From Candidatus Latescibacterota bacterium (GTDB lineage: Bacteria; Latescibacterota; UBA2968; GCA-2709665), in the NCBI GenBank assembly GCA_965219995.1, contig CBDCOX010000002.1, positions 2,784,001-2,848,000 of the forward strand: 64,000 nt of DNA. Direction: 5' to 3'. Below the pieces are notes generated by a model. The model was not told where the DNA came from. It was given only the letters and a program-made list of their open reading frames with translations, and made no database searches. Made by a program: the position numbers and the translations under genes. Shown here piece by piece: positions 45,492-54,896 of this stretch. Numbering within the stretch: position 1 is the stretch's first letter; the number at the start of each line of letters is the position of its first letter.

Positions 45492-45793
45492 ACGGACTTG
45501 CCGGACGCCTCGTCGGGCGGTTTTCTCGATTCGCCCAGCAGCAGGCCGAGCGGGATCAGCACGCAATAGCCGATTACCAGCAGAATGGGCGCAAGCGTGA
45601 GTGACAGGAAACCGTCGACCGGGGGTTGGGACAGGCAAAGGTAACCAATCAGTATTGTCAGTACCCCCGCCCCCAGGAAGGTCCAGTTCCTGCGGGTATA
45701 TGGCAGCGGACTCCCGGCCGGCTCCCGCCGCTGTGTCTGAGCCCTGCGTCCGGTGCGGCCGCGAGGGCGTCGTCCTGGATTGCGCGTCGGCAT
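45482..45793 (-). CDS. Small two-TM membrane protein (DUF3098-like)
   Basis: RRNWTFLGAGVLTILIGY...GFLSLTLAPILLVIGY; stop codon lies inside the tRNA gene. Confidence 0.7.
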   Translation of the reverse strand: MPTRNPGRRPRGRTGRRAQTQRREPAGSPLPYTRRNWTFLGAGVLTILIGYLCLSQPPVDGFLSLTLAPILLVIGYCVLIPLGLLLGESRKPPDEASGKSVGG

Positions 45794-45814
45794 CCGATTA
45801 ACCCGTGTGGTCGA

Positions 45815-46168
45815 TTACGTGGCTCGTTTCTCCGCAATCCTCGCGGCCCGGCCCTGCAGCTCGCGCAGGTAGGTAATGCGGTTCCTGCGGACCTTACCGC
45901 TACGAATCCGCTCGACTTTCGCAACCCGCGGTGAGTGGAGTGGGAAAATCCTTTCAACGCCCACACCGCCCACCACCATCTTTCGTACGGTAAAGGTCTC
46001 GTGGATCCCGTGGCCCCGACGCTGGATCACCACGCCTTCGAACAACTGCGTGCGCTCCTTCTCGCCTTCCACCACCCGCACGTGCACCCGCACGGTGTCC
46101 CCGGCCCCGAATGCCGGCACGTCGGACTTGATCTGTTCCTCCGATAACGATCTCAACAACGCATCCAT
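45815..46168 (-). CDS. rplS: 50S ribosomal protein L19
   Basis: [29 protein letters not shown] and [11 protein letters not shown] motifs. Confidence 0.97.
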   Translation of the reverse strand: MDALLRSLSEEQIKSDVPAFGAGDTVRVHVRVVEGEKERTQLFEGVVIQRRGHGIHETFTVRKMVVGGVGVERIFPLHSPRVAKVERIRSGKVRRNRITYLRELQGRAARIAEKRAT

Positions 46169-46257
46169 GGCAACACTCCTGAAACGATGAAATTCGCCTG
46201 TCGAAAACCTGACGCCGGTATCCATTCTGAATGCGCGGCGGAAACCCTGCCAGGGGA

Positions 46258-46995
46258 TTATCTCCCGTGCCCGCCGGCATTGTGGCCTCCTGCGCCGGAA
46301 CTTTCGTCTGACACTCTGACATTGTAAAGGTCCGGGCGCCGTTTCCGGGTCCGTTCTACCGCCGCGTCGTGCCGCCATCTGGCAATCTGCCGATGGTCGC
46401 CGCTCAACAGAACATCCGGAACCCGCAGCCCTTCGAACTCCCTCGGCCTCGTATACCACGGGCAATCCAGAAGTCCGTTCTGAAACGAATCCTCCAGAGC
46501 GGATTCCGCATCTCCCATCGACCCCGGGATCAGTCGAACGATCGCATCCGTCAACGCCAGCGCGGGCAATTCGCCGCCGCTCAAGACGTAATCGCCAACA
46601 GATATCTCTTCGGTCACGTACAGTTCGCGAACGCGTTCGTCGATACCCCGGTACCGTCCGCACAAAAACACCAGATTCGGCGCAAGGGATAGCCGGTTCA
46701 CCGTCTTCTGATCCAGCCGCTTCCCCTCCGGCGTCAGAAAAATCACGTGCCCCAGGGGCCGCCCGGCCTCCTGAATGGCCCCCAGCGCTCGCGCGATCGG
46801 TCCCGCCATGTACACCATGCCCGCGCCGCCGCCGTAGGGCGTGTCGTCCACCGTACGATGTGCGTCGTCGGCAAAATCCCGCAGATCGTGCGCAACGACC
46901 TTAACCAGACCCGACCGGATCGCACGACCCGTAATGCCGTACGTAACGACGTCGCGGATCAAATCCGGAAAAATGGTGAGGAAGTCGATATGCAT
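46258..46995 (-). CDS. trmD: tRNA (guanine37-N1)-methyltransferase
   Basis: [22 protein letters not shown] and [11 protein letters not shown] motifs. Confidence 0.97.
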   Translation of the reverse strand: MHIDFLTIFPDLIRDVVTYGITGRAIRSGLVKVVAHDLRDFADDAHRTVDDTPYGGGAGMVYMAGPIARALGAIQEAGRPLGHVIFLTPEGKRLDQKTVNRLSLAPNLVFLCGRYRGIDERVRELYVTEEISVGDYVLSGGELPALALTDAIVRLIPGSMGDAESALEDSFQNGLLDCPWYTRPREFEGLRVPDVLLSGDHRQIARWRHDAAVERTRKRRPDLYNVRVSDESSGAGGHNAGGHGR

Positions 46996-47024
46996 TGGTC
47001 GCATCGCGGCGGCTCGCGCGTACT

Positions 47025-47555
47025 TTAATTGAGGAGTCCTTCCACGTTCTTCACGACCAGACGCCCGCCCGCCAGATCGACCCGAACCAGGTCCCTTGCG
47101 GCGGGTACCAGAACCTCCGTCCCATCTTCCCTGCTGATCACGTACAGATCGTTTCCCGGGTGGGAAATGACATCCTTCACATTTCCGATTTTCGCGCCTG
47201 CTTCCGTCTCCGCATTCAGCCCCACGATCTCAAACACGTAGAACGTGTCTTCAGGAAGCCGATACACCTGGTCGGCGGAGACCAGCAACTCGCTTCCCCG
47301 CAACGGCGCGACCGCCTCGGGCGTATCGATACCCGCGAACTTGATGGCCATCCGCCGCCCGTAGGTCCGCACATGATCGATCCCGAGTGTCAACCGACTC
47401 CCATCGGGTTTTTGGAGCAGGGATTCGGCGAGTTCCTGAAACCGTTCCGGAAAATCCGTCAGGGGATGCAGAAACGCCTCGCCCCCGAGGCCCCTCGGTT
47501 TCAGAACCCTGCCGATGGCGACGAATCGTCCCCCGCCTGCCGGATTCCTGGACAA
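47025..47555 (-). CDS. rimM: Ribosome maturation factor RimM
   Basis: IGRVLKPRGLGGE and FYVFEIVGL motifs; position between rpsP and trmD. Confidence 0.93.
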   Translation of the reverse strand: MSRNPAGGGRFVAIGRVLKPRGLGGEAFLHPLTDFPERFQELAESLLQKPDGSRLTLGIDHVRTYGRRMAIKFAGIDTPEAVAPLRGSELLVSADQVYRLPEDTFYVFEIVGLNAETEAGAKIGNVKDVISHPGNDLYVISREDGTEVLVPAARDLVRVDLAGGRLVVKNVEGLLN

Positions 47556-47558
47556 GGA

Positions 47559-47864
47559 CTACTCCTCGACTTCAGGATCCACGCCGTCCGTCTCGTCCGA
47601 ATCCGCCGCGGACCCGTCGCCTTCGTCCAGAATCCCCTGCTGTCGAAACAGGCTCATCACGGTTCCTGACGGCACTGCGCCCAGGTCCAGCCAGTGGCGC
47701 GCCCGCTCGGCATTCAAGCTCACGATCTGCGGACTCTCCGTTGGATCGTAATACCCCAGGCTTTCAATGAACCGACCGTCCCTGGGGGACCGGCTGTCCG
47801 CGACCACGACCCTGTAAAACGGCGCGTTCCTTGCGCCCTTGCGGGTCAATCGAATCCTTACCAA
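47559..47864 (-). CDS. rpsP: 30S ribosomal protein S16
   Basis: [35 protein letters not shown]; TTG start with GGAGG RBS. Confidence 0.97.
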   Translation of the reverse strand: MVRIRLTRKGARNAPFYRVVVADSRSPRDGRFIESLGYYDPTESPQIVSLNAERARHWLDLGAVPSGTVMSLFRQQGILDEGDGSAADSDETDGVDPEVEE

Positions 47865-47931
47865 AATCCATCCTCCCGATCTGAGAACCAACTGCCCGAG
47901 TTCTTTTGCTTTGTGGATCACTGTCTGCACT

Positions 47932-49260
47932 TCATCCCGAAAACGGCACCCCAGCCCCGCGGCCGTTCTTCTCCATCCGCGTCATCCGTTTCATCATCTT
48001 GCGCATCATCCCGAACTGCTTGATCAGCCTGTTGACTTCCTGGATGCTGCACCCGCTCCCCTTTGCAATGCGCCGGCGCCTGCTGCCGTTCAGAATCCGG
48101 GGACTTGCCCGTTCCTGCTTCGTCATCGACAGGATGATCGCTTCCGTATGCGCGAACGCGTCTTCATCCACCTGCATGCCCTTCATTGCCTTTCCGGCGC
48201 CTGGAATAAGGTCCATCAACTGGTTCAACGGTCCCATCCTGCGAACCTGGTCCAGTTGCTGTAGAAAGTCATCGAACGTAAATGCGGCGTTCCGAAGCTT
48301 TTTCTCCAGCTTCTCCGCCTGTTTCACATCCACAGCGTCCTGAGCACGTTCCACCAGCGTCACCACGTCGCCCATACCCAGAATCCGGGACGCCATCCGA
48401 TCCGGATGGAACGGCTCGATTCCTTCCATCTTTTCGCTGACGCCCGCGTACTTGATGGGCACGCCCGTGACTTCACGAATGGATAGCGCCGCACCACCCC
48501 GCGTATCGCTATCGAGACGCGTGAGTACCACTCCCGTAAATGTGAGCTGCTCGTAAAACGCCGTCGCCGCCGAGACCGCGTCCTGCCCCGTCATCCCGTC
48601 CGCCACAAACAGAATCTCACCCGGCGAGACCGTATCGCTTATTCGCTTCAACTCCCCCATCCGGTCGTCGTCCACGTGCAGGCGGCCGGCCGTATCCAGA
48701 ATCACCGGGTCCATCCCGTCCGCCCGCGCCGCGCCCAGGGCATCGGCGCAAATCACCACCGGATCGGTCCCCCCCGCCGCGGTGTGGACGGGAACGTCTA
48801 TCGACGCACCGAGTACGCATAGCTGGTCGATCGCGGCGGGCCGGTATACGTCGGCGGCCACGAGAAGCGGCCGCCTTCCCTTCGCTTTCAGGAGCCGGGC
48901 GAGCTTGGCGCACAGCGTTGTCTTGCCCGACCCCTGGAGACCGACAACCATGACCACGTTGGGCGCCGGTCCGGGCAGATTCAACTCCTGATGCTCGTCT
49001 CCCAGGAGGTGGATCAGCTCATCGTGCACGACCTTGACGACCTGCTGGCCGGGTGTTATGCTCCGCAAGACCTCCCGTCCAATCGCCCGCTCCCGGACTC
49101 GGGCGATAAACGTCCTCGCGACCTTATAGTTGACGTCCGCCTCCAGAAGGGCGCGACGTACGTCTCTCAGCGCTTCGTCGATATCGGCTTCGGCCAGCAT
49201 GCCGCGGCCGCGAAGCTTCCTGAAAACCCCTTCGAGCTTTTGAGTGAGATGATCGAACAT
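47932..49260 (-). CDS. ffh: Signal recognition particle protein
   Basis: [36 protein letters not shown] and an M domain. Confidence 0.98.
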   Translation of the reverse strand: MFDHLTQKLEGVFRKLRGRGMLAEADIDEALRDVRRALLEADVNYKVARTFIARVRERAIGREVLRSITPGQQVVKVVHDELIHLLGDEHQELNLPGPAPNVVMVVGLQGSGKTTLCAKLARLLKAKGRRPLLVAADVYRPAAIDQLCVLGASIDVPVHTAAGGTDPVVICADALGAARADGMDPVILDTAGRLHVDDDRMGELKRISDTVSPGEILFVADGMTGQDAVSAATAFYEQLTFTGVVLTRLDSDTRGGAALSIREVTGVPIKYAGVSEKMEGIEPFHPDRMASRILGMGDVVTLVERAQDAVDVKQAEKLEKKLRNAAFTFDDFLQQLDQVRRMGPLNQLMDLIPGAGKAMKGMQVDEDAFAHTEAIILSMTKQERASPRILNGSRRRRIAKGSGCSIQEVNRLIKQFGMMRKMMKRMTRMEKNGRGAGVPFSG

Positions 49261-49304
49261 GGGGCGAACCTGACGTTCATTCTCAAATGGGACGCAAAAC
49301 TCTA

Positions 49305-49333
49305 AAAATACGGGAAGACAGGTTTTTACGCAA
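49305..49333 (-). promoter_or_regulatory. Putative sigma70 promoter for ffh
   Basis: TTGCGT-N17-TATTTT on the minus strand. Confidence 0.45.
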
Positions 49334-49516
49334 CAAAAAACGCCAGAATCGAGCCTTGCGGAGAGCCGGCCAAAATGCCGAATCAACCCGCGGTCTCCAG
49401 CCGAGGTACGCCCTGGAGTCGAGTACGCATCACGGGAACGACGTTGTGGTCCGTCCCGCTGGCCCGGCTTTCCCGGTGTTCGCCCGATTAACGGACCGCT
49501 GGAGCCCGCTGTTGTT

Positions 49517-50182
49517 CTATGGCAGTCCCGCGAGTGCCGCCCGTCTTAGCGCAGCGACATTTGCGGCCACCTTGCCATTCCGGAAAGCGGCCGATCCCGC
49601 CACGAGTACTTGCGCACCTGCAGCAACTGCCCGGCCTGCGTTTTCTACCCCGATTCCGCCGTCGATTTCAATCTCCACGTCCATGCCCTGACGCATAACC
49701 TCCGCCCTCAATCTCCGGACCTTTTCGAGTGACTCCGGCATAAATGCCTGACCGCCGAATCCGGGTTCCACCGACATGACCAGCGCAAGGTCCAGCGACG
49801 GCAGCAGGGGATATAACGCCTCCACGGGTGTTGCCGGCTTCACCGTGGCGCCGGGCCTCATGCCCATCTCCCGGATTGCGCCCAGCAGGGTTGGCAAATC
49901 CGCGTTGACCTCTACGTGTACGGTACAGATATCGGCGCCGCTATCCGCGAAATCCCTCAGGTACCGGCCGGGATCGGCAATCATGAGATGCACGTCCAGG
50001 GTCAACGTCGTCGCTTTTCGAATCGCTTCCACAACCATTGGACCGAACGTGATATTCGGCACAAAATGGCCGTCCATCACATCCAGATGGATATACTCCG
50101 CACCCGCGGCTTCCACCGCCCGAATCTCGCGTTCCAACGCGACAAAATCAGCTGCCAGAAATGACGGAGCGATTTTGACCAT
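49517..50182 (-). CDS. rpe: Ribulose-phosphate 3-epimerase
   Basis: HLDVMDGHFVPNITFG, MSVEPGFGGQ and IEIDGG motifs. Confidence 0.97.
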   Translation of the reverse strand: MVKIAPSFLAADFVALEREIRAVEAAGAEYIHLDVMDGHFVPNITFGPMVVEAIRKATTLTLDVHLMIADPGRYLRDFADSGADICTVHVEVNADLPTLLGAIREMGMRPGATVKPATPVEALYPLLPSLDLALVMSVEPGFGGQAFMPESLEKVRRLRAEVMRQGMDVEIEIDGGIGVENAGRAVAAGAQVLVAGSAAFRNGKVAANVAALRRAALAGLP

Positions 50183-50263
50183 AAAAAAACTCCACTTTTC
50201 AGCAACCGGCGTCCGTGAGGCGGGGCATGCAAATGGAAACCAATGCGGGACAGCGGCCCGACG

Positions 50264-50998
50264 CTACAATTTACTCACCACCAGCCGCACACGCGTTCCC
50301 TGCTTCACCTCTTCTCCGAACTCCGGAATATGCCGGATCACCACGTTCAACAGGTGCTGCGTGCTGAATTCATAGCGAATTTCCCGCACCTTCAGCCCGG
50401 CCTCCTCCAACGCCGCCCGGGCGGTCTCCAGCGGCATGCCCACCAGATTCGGCATCGGGACCATCTCACCCGGAGGCCCGTTGCTGATCGTTACCGAAAC
50501 GGGGGTGCCGCTCCGTACCTGTTGTCCGGGCGGGGGATCCTGGCCGATGATCAATCCCTCCCTGACAACTTCTGACGCATCCTCGAGTGTATCTCCCATG
50601 GCCAGACCCGCCTGTGCAATCCACAACTGCGCCTGGCGCAGCGACTTTTCCGTGAGGTCCGGTACTTCGTAGAGCCGGACCCCCAGACTCGGAACCGCAT
50701 AAACCGTTCGGTTGATTTTCACTTTCGAATAGGCACGCGGATTCTGTCGCACCAGCTTGCCTTCGGCAACGGATGTGTCCCATCGGCCGGGCTGCAGCTT
50801 CAACCTGAGCCCCCGTTGAGACAGCGTCAGTCTGGCATCTTCGGGCGACAGATCGACGATATCGGGGACCTCAACACGCTGGCCGGCCCGAACCAGACGG
50901 GGCATAATGAACCGATCGAGCAGGATCAGGCCCACGATACCCGTGATTACCGCGCAGCCCGCGAACAGTCCTGCCTCCCGCAGAATCCTCTTGACCAT
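50264..50998 (-). CDS. PASTA domain-containing membrane protein (3 PASTA repeats)
   Basis: N-terminal TM then VPDIV, VPDL and MPNLVG repeats. Confidence 0.88.
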   Translation of the reverse strand: MVKRILREAGLFAGCAVITGIVGLILLDRFIMPRLVRAGQRVEVPDIVDLSPEDARLTLSQRGLRLKLQPGRWDTSVAEGKLVRQNPRAYSKVKINRTVYAVPSLGVRLYEVPDLTEKSLRQAQLWIAQAGLAMGDTLEDASEVVREGLIIGQDPPPGQQVRSGTPVSVTISNGPPGEMVPMPNLVGMPLETARAALEEAGLKVREIRYEFSTQHLLNVVIRHIPEFGEEVKQGTRVRLVVSKL

Positions 50999-51122
50999 CC
51001 TTCTCGCAATCCGTCTCTGGAAAAACCAAAAAACCGCGCTCTATGTCAGGATCTTAACCCTCCGGACGATGCACGGTTCAAAAATAGGACAAGGTCCCGC
51101 CGGTGTCAAGGTCGCGCGCCAA

Positions 51123-51938
51123 TCAATTTCCCACCGTAAGAGAAACCCTGTGCGACAGTCCAAGTACGGTGTGGTACAGGGTCGCATAGTCGATCCGGAA
51201 GCCCCTGTGAATCACACCTGCCCCCACAGACAATCGCTCGGCCCTTGCCCCGACGCCCATCCGCAGCATAACCCGGCGGGCGGGTTTGTATTCCGCCCCC
51301 GCGCTCACCCCCGTTTGCCGTCCGGCCTCCTTACGAACATCCACGAGCAGCGCCAGATTCGGCAGGATCTGAAACCCGGCGCCCGCCGTGCCGCCCTGGC
51401 CCAGCACATCCACCCACGCCCCACCCGCATTCCATGCCGCCAGCCCCAGGGTGACCTTGGGCCTCACGAGGATCTTCGCACCCAGGTCGAATGCCGTCCA
51501 CCCCCGGTCCGCGCCGCCGGCAACCGACAGCCGCATGCGCCGGATTCTCACCCCGAGCCCCAGCCGGGATGCCAGCCGGATGCCGAATGTCAGACCGGCT
51601 GTACGCTCCCTGTACAGGCTGAAGCCGTACTCCTGATAACCAAGGCCGACCGCCGTCCGGCCCGTCGACGCGACCGTCCCGATCGCATGGGCATCCAGCA
51701 CCGCCATGCCGAACGGCCGCTCATAGCCTCCCGTGATACTGACGCCCTCGCCCCAGGCTACCGCGCCCGCATTCCAGAAGACGCCTTCGACCCCTTCAGC
51801 CCGACCCACAAACGTGTCCCCCAATCCGCCGGACCGGGCGCCCACCGCCTGAAACTCGAATGCTGCGGCAGCGGGCACAGGCATCAGGGCAATGCAGGAG
51901 AGCACGCCGCGCGCCGCGTTTTTCAGAAATGGCTTCAT
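51123..51938 (-). CDS. Outer-membrane beta-barrel protein (PorV/PorQ-like)
   Basis: Signal peptide; GARSGGLG, FWNAGA and H..LG.SHRVSL C-terminus. Confidence 0.65.
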   Translation of the reverse strand: MKPFLKNAARGVLSCIALMPVPAAAAFEFQAVGARSGGLGDTFVGRAEGVEGVFWNAGAVAWGEGVSITGGYERPFGMAVLDAHAIGTVASTGRTAVGLGYQEYGFSLYRERTAGLTFGIRLASRLGLGVRIRRMRLSVAGGADRGWTAFDLGAKILVRPKVTLGLAAWNAGGAWVDVLGQGGTAGAGFQILPNLALLVDVRKEAGRQTGVSAGAEYKPARRVMLRMGVGARAERLSVGAGVIHRGFRIDYATLYHTVLGLSHRVSLTVGN

Positions 51939-52002
51939 TCTGTCCGTACACAATCCGCAACCCCTGTGCCCGGCGCTGCCGTATTCTGAAATATTCGACT
52001 AT

Positions 52003-52021
52003 ATTAAATATTATCATTATC
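52003..52021 (-). promoter_or_regulatory. Fur-box-like site
   Basis: GATAATGATAATATTTAAT, 15/19 match to the E. coli Fur consensus GATAATGATAATCATTATC. Confidence 0.45.
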
Positions 52022-52195
52022 TTGTGAAAATCCGCCTCATGTCGCCCGTCGAGCGTAAGTCCGGGGAAACGCCATGGCGAACGTTACAGTCCACCCGGTA
52101 ATTGTCGTCCGGAAATGGACAGAAAAGCCCGCGGGCAATTGCCCACGGGCGAAATTGAAATAGACCGCACTACCCGGCGGCGTTATATTTAGCGC

Positions 52196-53149
52196 GTGAT
52201 CATGTCAATGAACAACGGCTGGACCTATCACAACCTCGTTCAGCGCGAAGCCGAAGGGGAAACCGTCCTTCAATTCTACCTCCGGCGTTACCCTCATTCC
52301 TCCGCGGAAGCCTGGCGGCAACGGATCCTGTGCGGCGACGTGCGGGTGAATGACCGGCCGGTCTCGCCCGATACACCGCTTGCGGCGGGTCAGCGGCTCA
52401 CCTACCGCAGGAGGCCGTGGCGGGAACCGGACGCCCCCTGTTCGTTCGCGCTGCTCTACGAGGATGAGCACCTGATTGCCGTCGCCAAACCCTCCGGCCT
52501 GCCCGTGCTGGCAGGCGGCCGGCATCTCCGGAACACCCTGCTCGCCCGGGTTCGGGAACGCTATTCTGAGACTCCGGGGCCCGCGCCTCTCCATCGCCTT
52601 GGCCGGGGGACGTCGGGCGTCGTCCTGTTCGCGCGTTCCGATACGGCGAGACGACATCTATCGGAGGACTTTCGAAACCGGCGGATATGCAAGATCTACC
52701 GCACACTGGTTGCCGGCACCGAAGTACCCGACCGGTTTACAGTGGATGTGCCCATCGGGCGGATTCCCTATGCCCCGACCGGAACCCTCTTCGCGGCAAC
52801 CGGCGCGGGCAAGCCGGCCAGGACGATATGCCGCGTTCTCAACCGTGATTCCGATGCCAATCGGAGCCTGGTCCGTGTCAATCTCGTCAGCGGCCGCGCC
52901 CATCAGATCCGGATCCACCTCGCTGCCGCCGGACATCCTCTGATTGACGACCCTCTCTATCGCGCCGGCGGCCTGCCGGTCATTACGCCCGATGGGAACC
53001 GCGCTCCGCTCCCTGGCGACACCGGGTACCACCTTCACGCGCACCAACTCCGATTCATCCATCCGGCCACGCGCCGGCGCGTTCTCCTCACCTGCCCGCC
53101 CCCTCCGAACCTCCGCACGCCTGAAGAGAACAAGGAAACGCCCCGATAG
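52196..53149 (+). CDS. RluA/RluD family pseudouridine synthase
   Basis: S4-like N-terminus; KPSGL, HRLGRGTSG (Gly where the family has the catalytic Asp of HRLD), GRAHQIRIH and LHA motifs. Confidence 0.9.
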   Translation: MIMSMNNGWTYHNLVQREAEGETVLQFYLRRYPHSSAEAWRQRILCGDVRVNDRPVSPDTPLAAGQRLTYRRRPWREPDAPCSFALLYEDEHLIAVAKPSGLPVLAGGRHLRNTLLARVRERYSETPGPAPLHRLGRGTSGVVLFARSDTARRHLSEDFRNRRICKIYRTLVAGTEVPDRFTVDVPIGRIPYAPTGTLFAATGAGKPARTICRVLNRDSDANRSLVRVNLVSGRAHQIRIHLAAAGHPLIDDPLYRAGGLPVITPDGNRAPLPGDTGYHLHAHQLRFIHPATRRRVLLTCPPPPNLRTPEENKETPR

Positions 53150-53155
53150 TAAGGC

Positions 53156-53294
53156 AAATTGCCACAAAAGCAACTATCCTGTTACCGGGCGTATAGCCGA
53201 AAGACAGGGAAATTTCCGCATCGTCACGGCGTTACGACACACGCCGTTTCGCACCGATTCCTCTTGTGCCTTTTGTGCTTTTTGTGGCCAATTT
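53156..53294. repeat. Imperfect inverted repeat with GCCACAAAA/TTTTGTGGC modules between convergent genes
   Basis: AAATTGCCACAAAAGCA ... CTTGTGCCTTTTGTGCTTTTTGTGGCCAATTT. Confidence 0.5.
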
Positions 53295-53320
53295 ATCGGT
53301 TGTCGTTTTTCGAATTGAGA

Positions 53321-54103
53321 CTATTCCCTGATTCTGGTCGACTCATCGGTACGCGCCTGCTCAATGTGTCTGCCGGTGAAGCCGACGGCAAATCGCAGGT
53401 CTGCGCCGCGCAGGTCTGCATTCCGGAGGTTGGCTTTGTATAGATCGGTGTTTTGCATTCGGGCCTTGACGAGGCTCGCGCACCGCAGGTCGGCCTGCAT
53501 CAGGTCGGCATTCCGCAGCCTTGCGCTTCGCAGATCGGCGCTCCTGAGGTCCACGCCCTGAAGGTTCGCACCCTCGAGGTTCGCGCTTCTCAGATTGGCG
53601 CCGCGCAGGTCCGCGTTGAGAAGATTGGCGTCCTGGAGGCGCGCCTTCCGCAGATCGGCTCCGTGAAGCGTGGCATCGCGAAGGTTGGCGCCACGCAGTG
53701 TGGCGTCCCGAAGCCGGGCCCCGGAAAGTTCGGCATTCGTCAGGTCGGCGAGTTCCAGGTCCGCGGGCGCGAGTCCGGCGTCTCTGAGGTTTGCGCCGCG
53801 GAACAGGGCTCCCTGGAGGCGGGCGCCGGAGAGGTCTGCGTCCCGGAGGTTTGCATCGCGGAAGTTGGCCTCGTAAAGCCTGGCGCGCTGGAGATTGGCG
53901 CCGTGCAGGACCGCGTTCTGGAACCGTGCGCCGCTAAGGATGGCTTCGCTCAGGTCGGCGCTTTCGAGCCTCGCGCCCTGGAGCTCCGCACGGTTCAGAT
54001 TCACGCCGGACAATCTGGCCCGTTCTCCTGTTGCTCCTTCGGAATCGATCCACGCCCGGTGCCGGTCGATGACAAGACGGAGCTCAGCGGGTGACATTGG
54101 CAT
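53321..54103 (-). CDS. Pentapeptide repeat protein
   Basis: Long run of A(D/N/R)Lxx repeats after an HRAW...GERARL N-terminus. Confidence 0.93.
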   Translation of the reverse strand: MPMSPAELRLVIDRHRAWIDSEGATGERARLSGVNLNRAELQGARLESADLSEAILSGARFQNAVLHGANLQRARLYEANFRDANLRDADLSGARLQGALFRGANLRDAGLAPADLELADLTNAELSGARLRDATLRGANLRDATLHGADLRKARLQDANLLNADLRGANLRSANLEGANLQGVDLRSADLRSARLRNADLMQADLRCASLVKARMQNTDLYKANLRNADLRGADLRFAVGFTGRHIEQARTDESTRIRE

Positions 54104-54107
54104 TATT

Positions 54108-54677
54108 TCATCCCTTGCCGGTCTCGTGGATATCAGATTCGGTAACGACCAGGTCCATCGAGATGTCGCGAGGGTCGGCCGGCAGACGATCGACGAGCTG
54201 GAAGTCGAACGCCAGGCCGATTCTGATCGCAGGAGTCAGCGAAAGGAAGCGGTCGTAGTACCCCGCGCCGAATCCGATGCGATTTCCTGTGCGGTCGAAG
54301 GCCAGACCGGGAACGACAATAACGTCAAAGGCGCCAGGTGGTACGACGGATCCCGTCTCGCCGGACGGTTCCATAAGGCCCAGGGTCGAGGGCTTTAATT
54401 CCGCGAGGCCTCGAATCTCCCGGTGGACCAGCATGCGGTTCGGCAACGCAACGGGTACCGCGACCCGCTTGCCGCCTCCCAGGGCGGACTCGATGAGCGA
54501 ATGGGTGCGGACTTCGTTCCTTACCGAGACGTAACTCGCCAGACATCCCGCCCGGCGGTAGGCTTCCTGGCCGACCAGGCGCGCGATGACGTGTTCACTC
54601 CTGGCGCGGACTTCCTCCGGCGTCAGCCCGGACCGTTGTCTCTTCATGGAATCTCGAAATTTCTCTTTGGGCTGCAT
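54108..54677 (-). CDS. 5-formyltetrahydrofolate cyclo-ligase
   Basis: VPGLAFDRTGNRIGFGAGYYDRFL motif. Confidence 0.95.
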   Translation of the reverse strand: MQPKEKFRDSMKRQRSGLTPEEVRARSEHVIARLVGQEAYRRAGCLASYVSVRNEVRTHSLIESALGGGKRVAVPVALPNRMLVHREIRGLAELKPSTLGLMEPSGETGSVVPPGAFDVIVVPGLAFDRTGNRIGFGAGYYDRFLSLTPAIRIGLAFDFQLVDRLPADPRDISMDLVVTESDIHETGKG

Positions 54678-54723
54678 CGGTGCCGCTCCGCCTCAAGCGT
54701 TGTACTCAATCCATGGGATCATA

Positions 54724-54752
54724 ACTATACTTCCGGGGTGACGGGTTGTCAA
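54724..54752 (-). promoter_or_regulatory. Sigma70 promoter for the cyclo-ligase/pentapeptide operon
   Basis: TTGACA-N17-TATAGT. Confidence 0.65.
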
Positions 54753-54818
54753 GGCGCGAGCGCGTTCGCTGAAGGGTGTTGCCGGTCTCGGCCGGCGCGG
54801 TCGGACGGAAAAGTTCCC

Positions 54819-54847
54819 TTGACTTTGACCGTGTGGAATTTTACATT
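54819..54847 (+). promoter_or_regulatory. Sigma70 promoter for the uppS operon
   Basis: TTGACT-N17-TACATT. Confidence 0.6.
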
Positions 54848-54896
54848 TACAAATGCCGATTTATTAGGTAATAACGGCAAATTTGGAGACGGAATC

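Noticed and set aside
49335-49515. Possible SRP RNA or other ncRNA upstream of ffh
   Set aside because: No SRP domain IV signature (CAGG..GGAA..AGCAG) visible; only generic GC stems
53321-54103. Qnr quinolone-resistance gene or DNA tandem repeat element
   Set aside because: The 15-nt periodicity is explained by generic A(D/N)Lxx pentapeptide coding; no Qnr-specific features recognised
54678-54760. 6S RNA upstream of the 5-FTHF cyclo-ligase gene
   Set aside because: The promoter lies only about 45 nt from the start codon, leaving no room for a 6S RNA
54423-54896. N-terminal extensions of the uppS ORF (likewise rplS from 46663, ffh from 49386, mraZ from 60001)
   Set aside because: The extensions overlap other genes or promoters and lack family features; downstream starts fit the family N-termini
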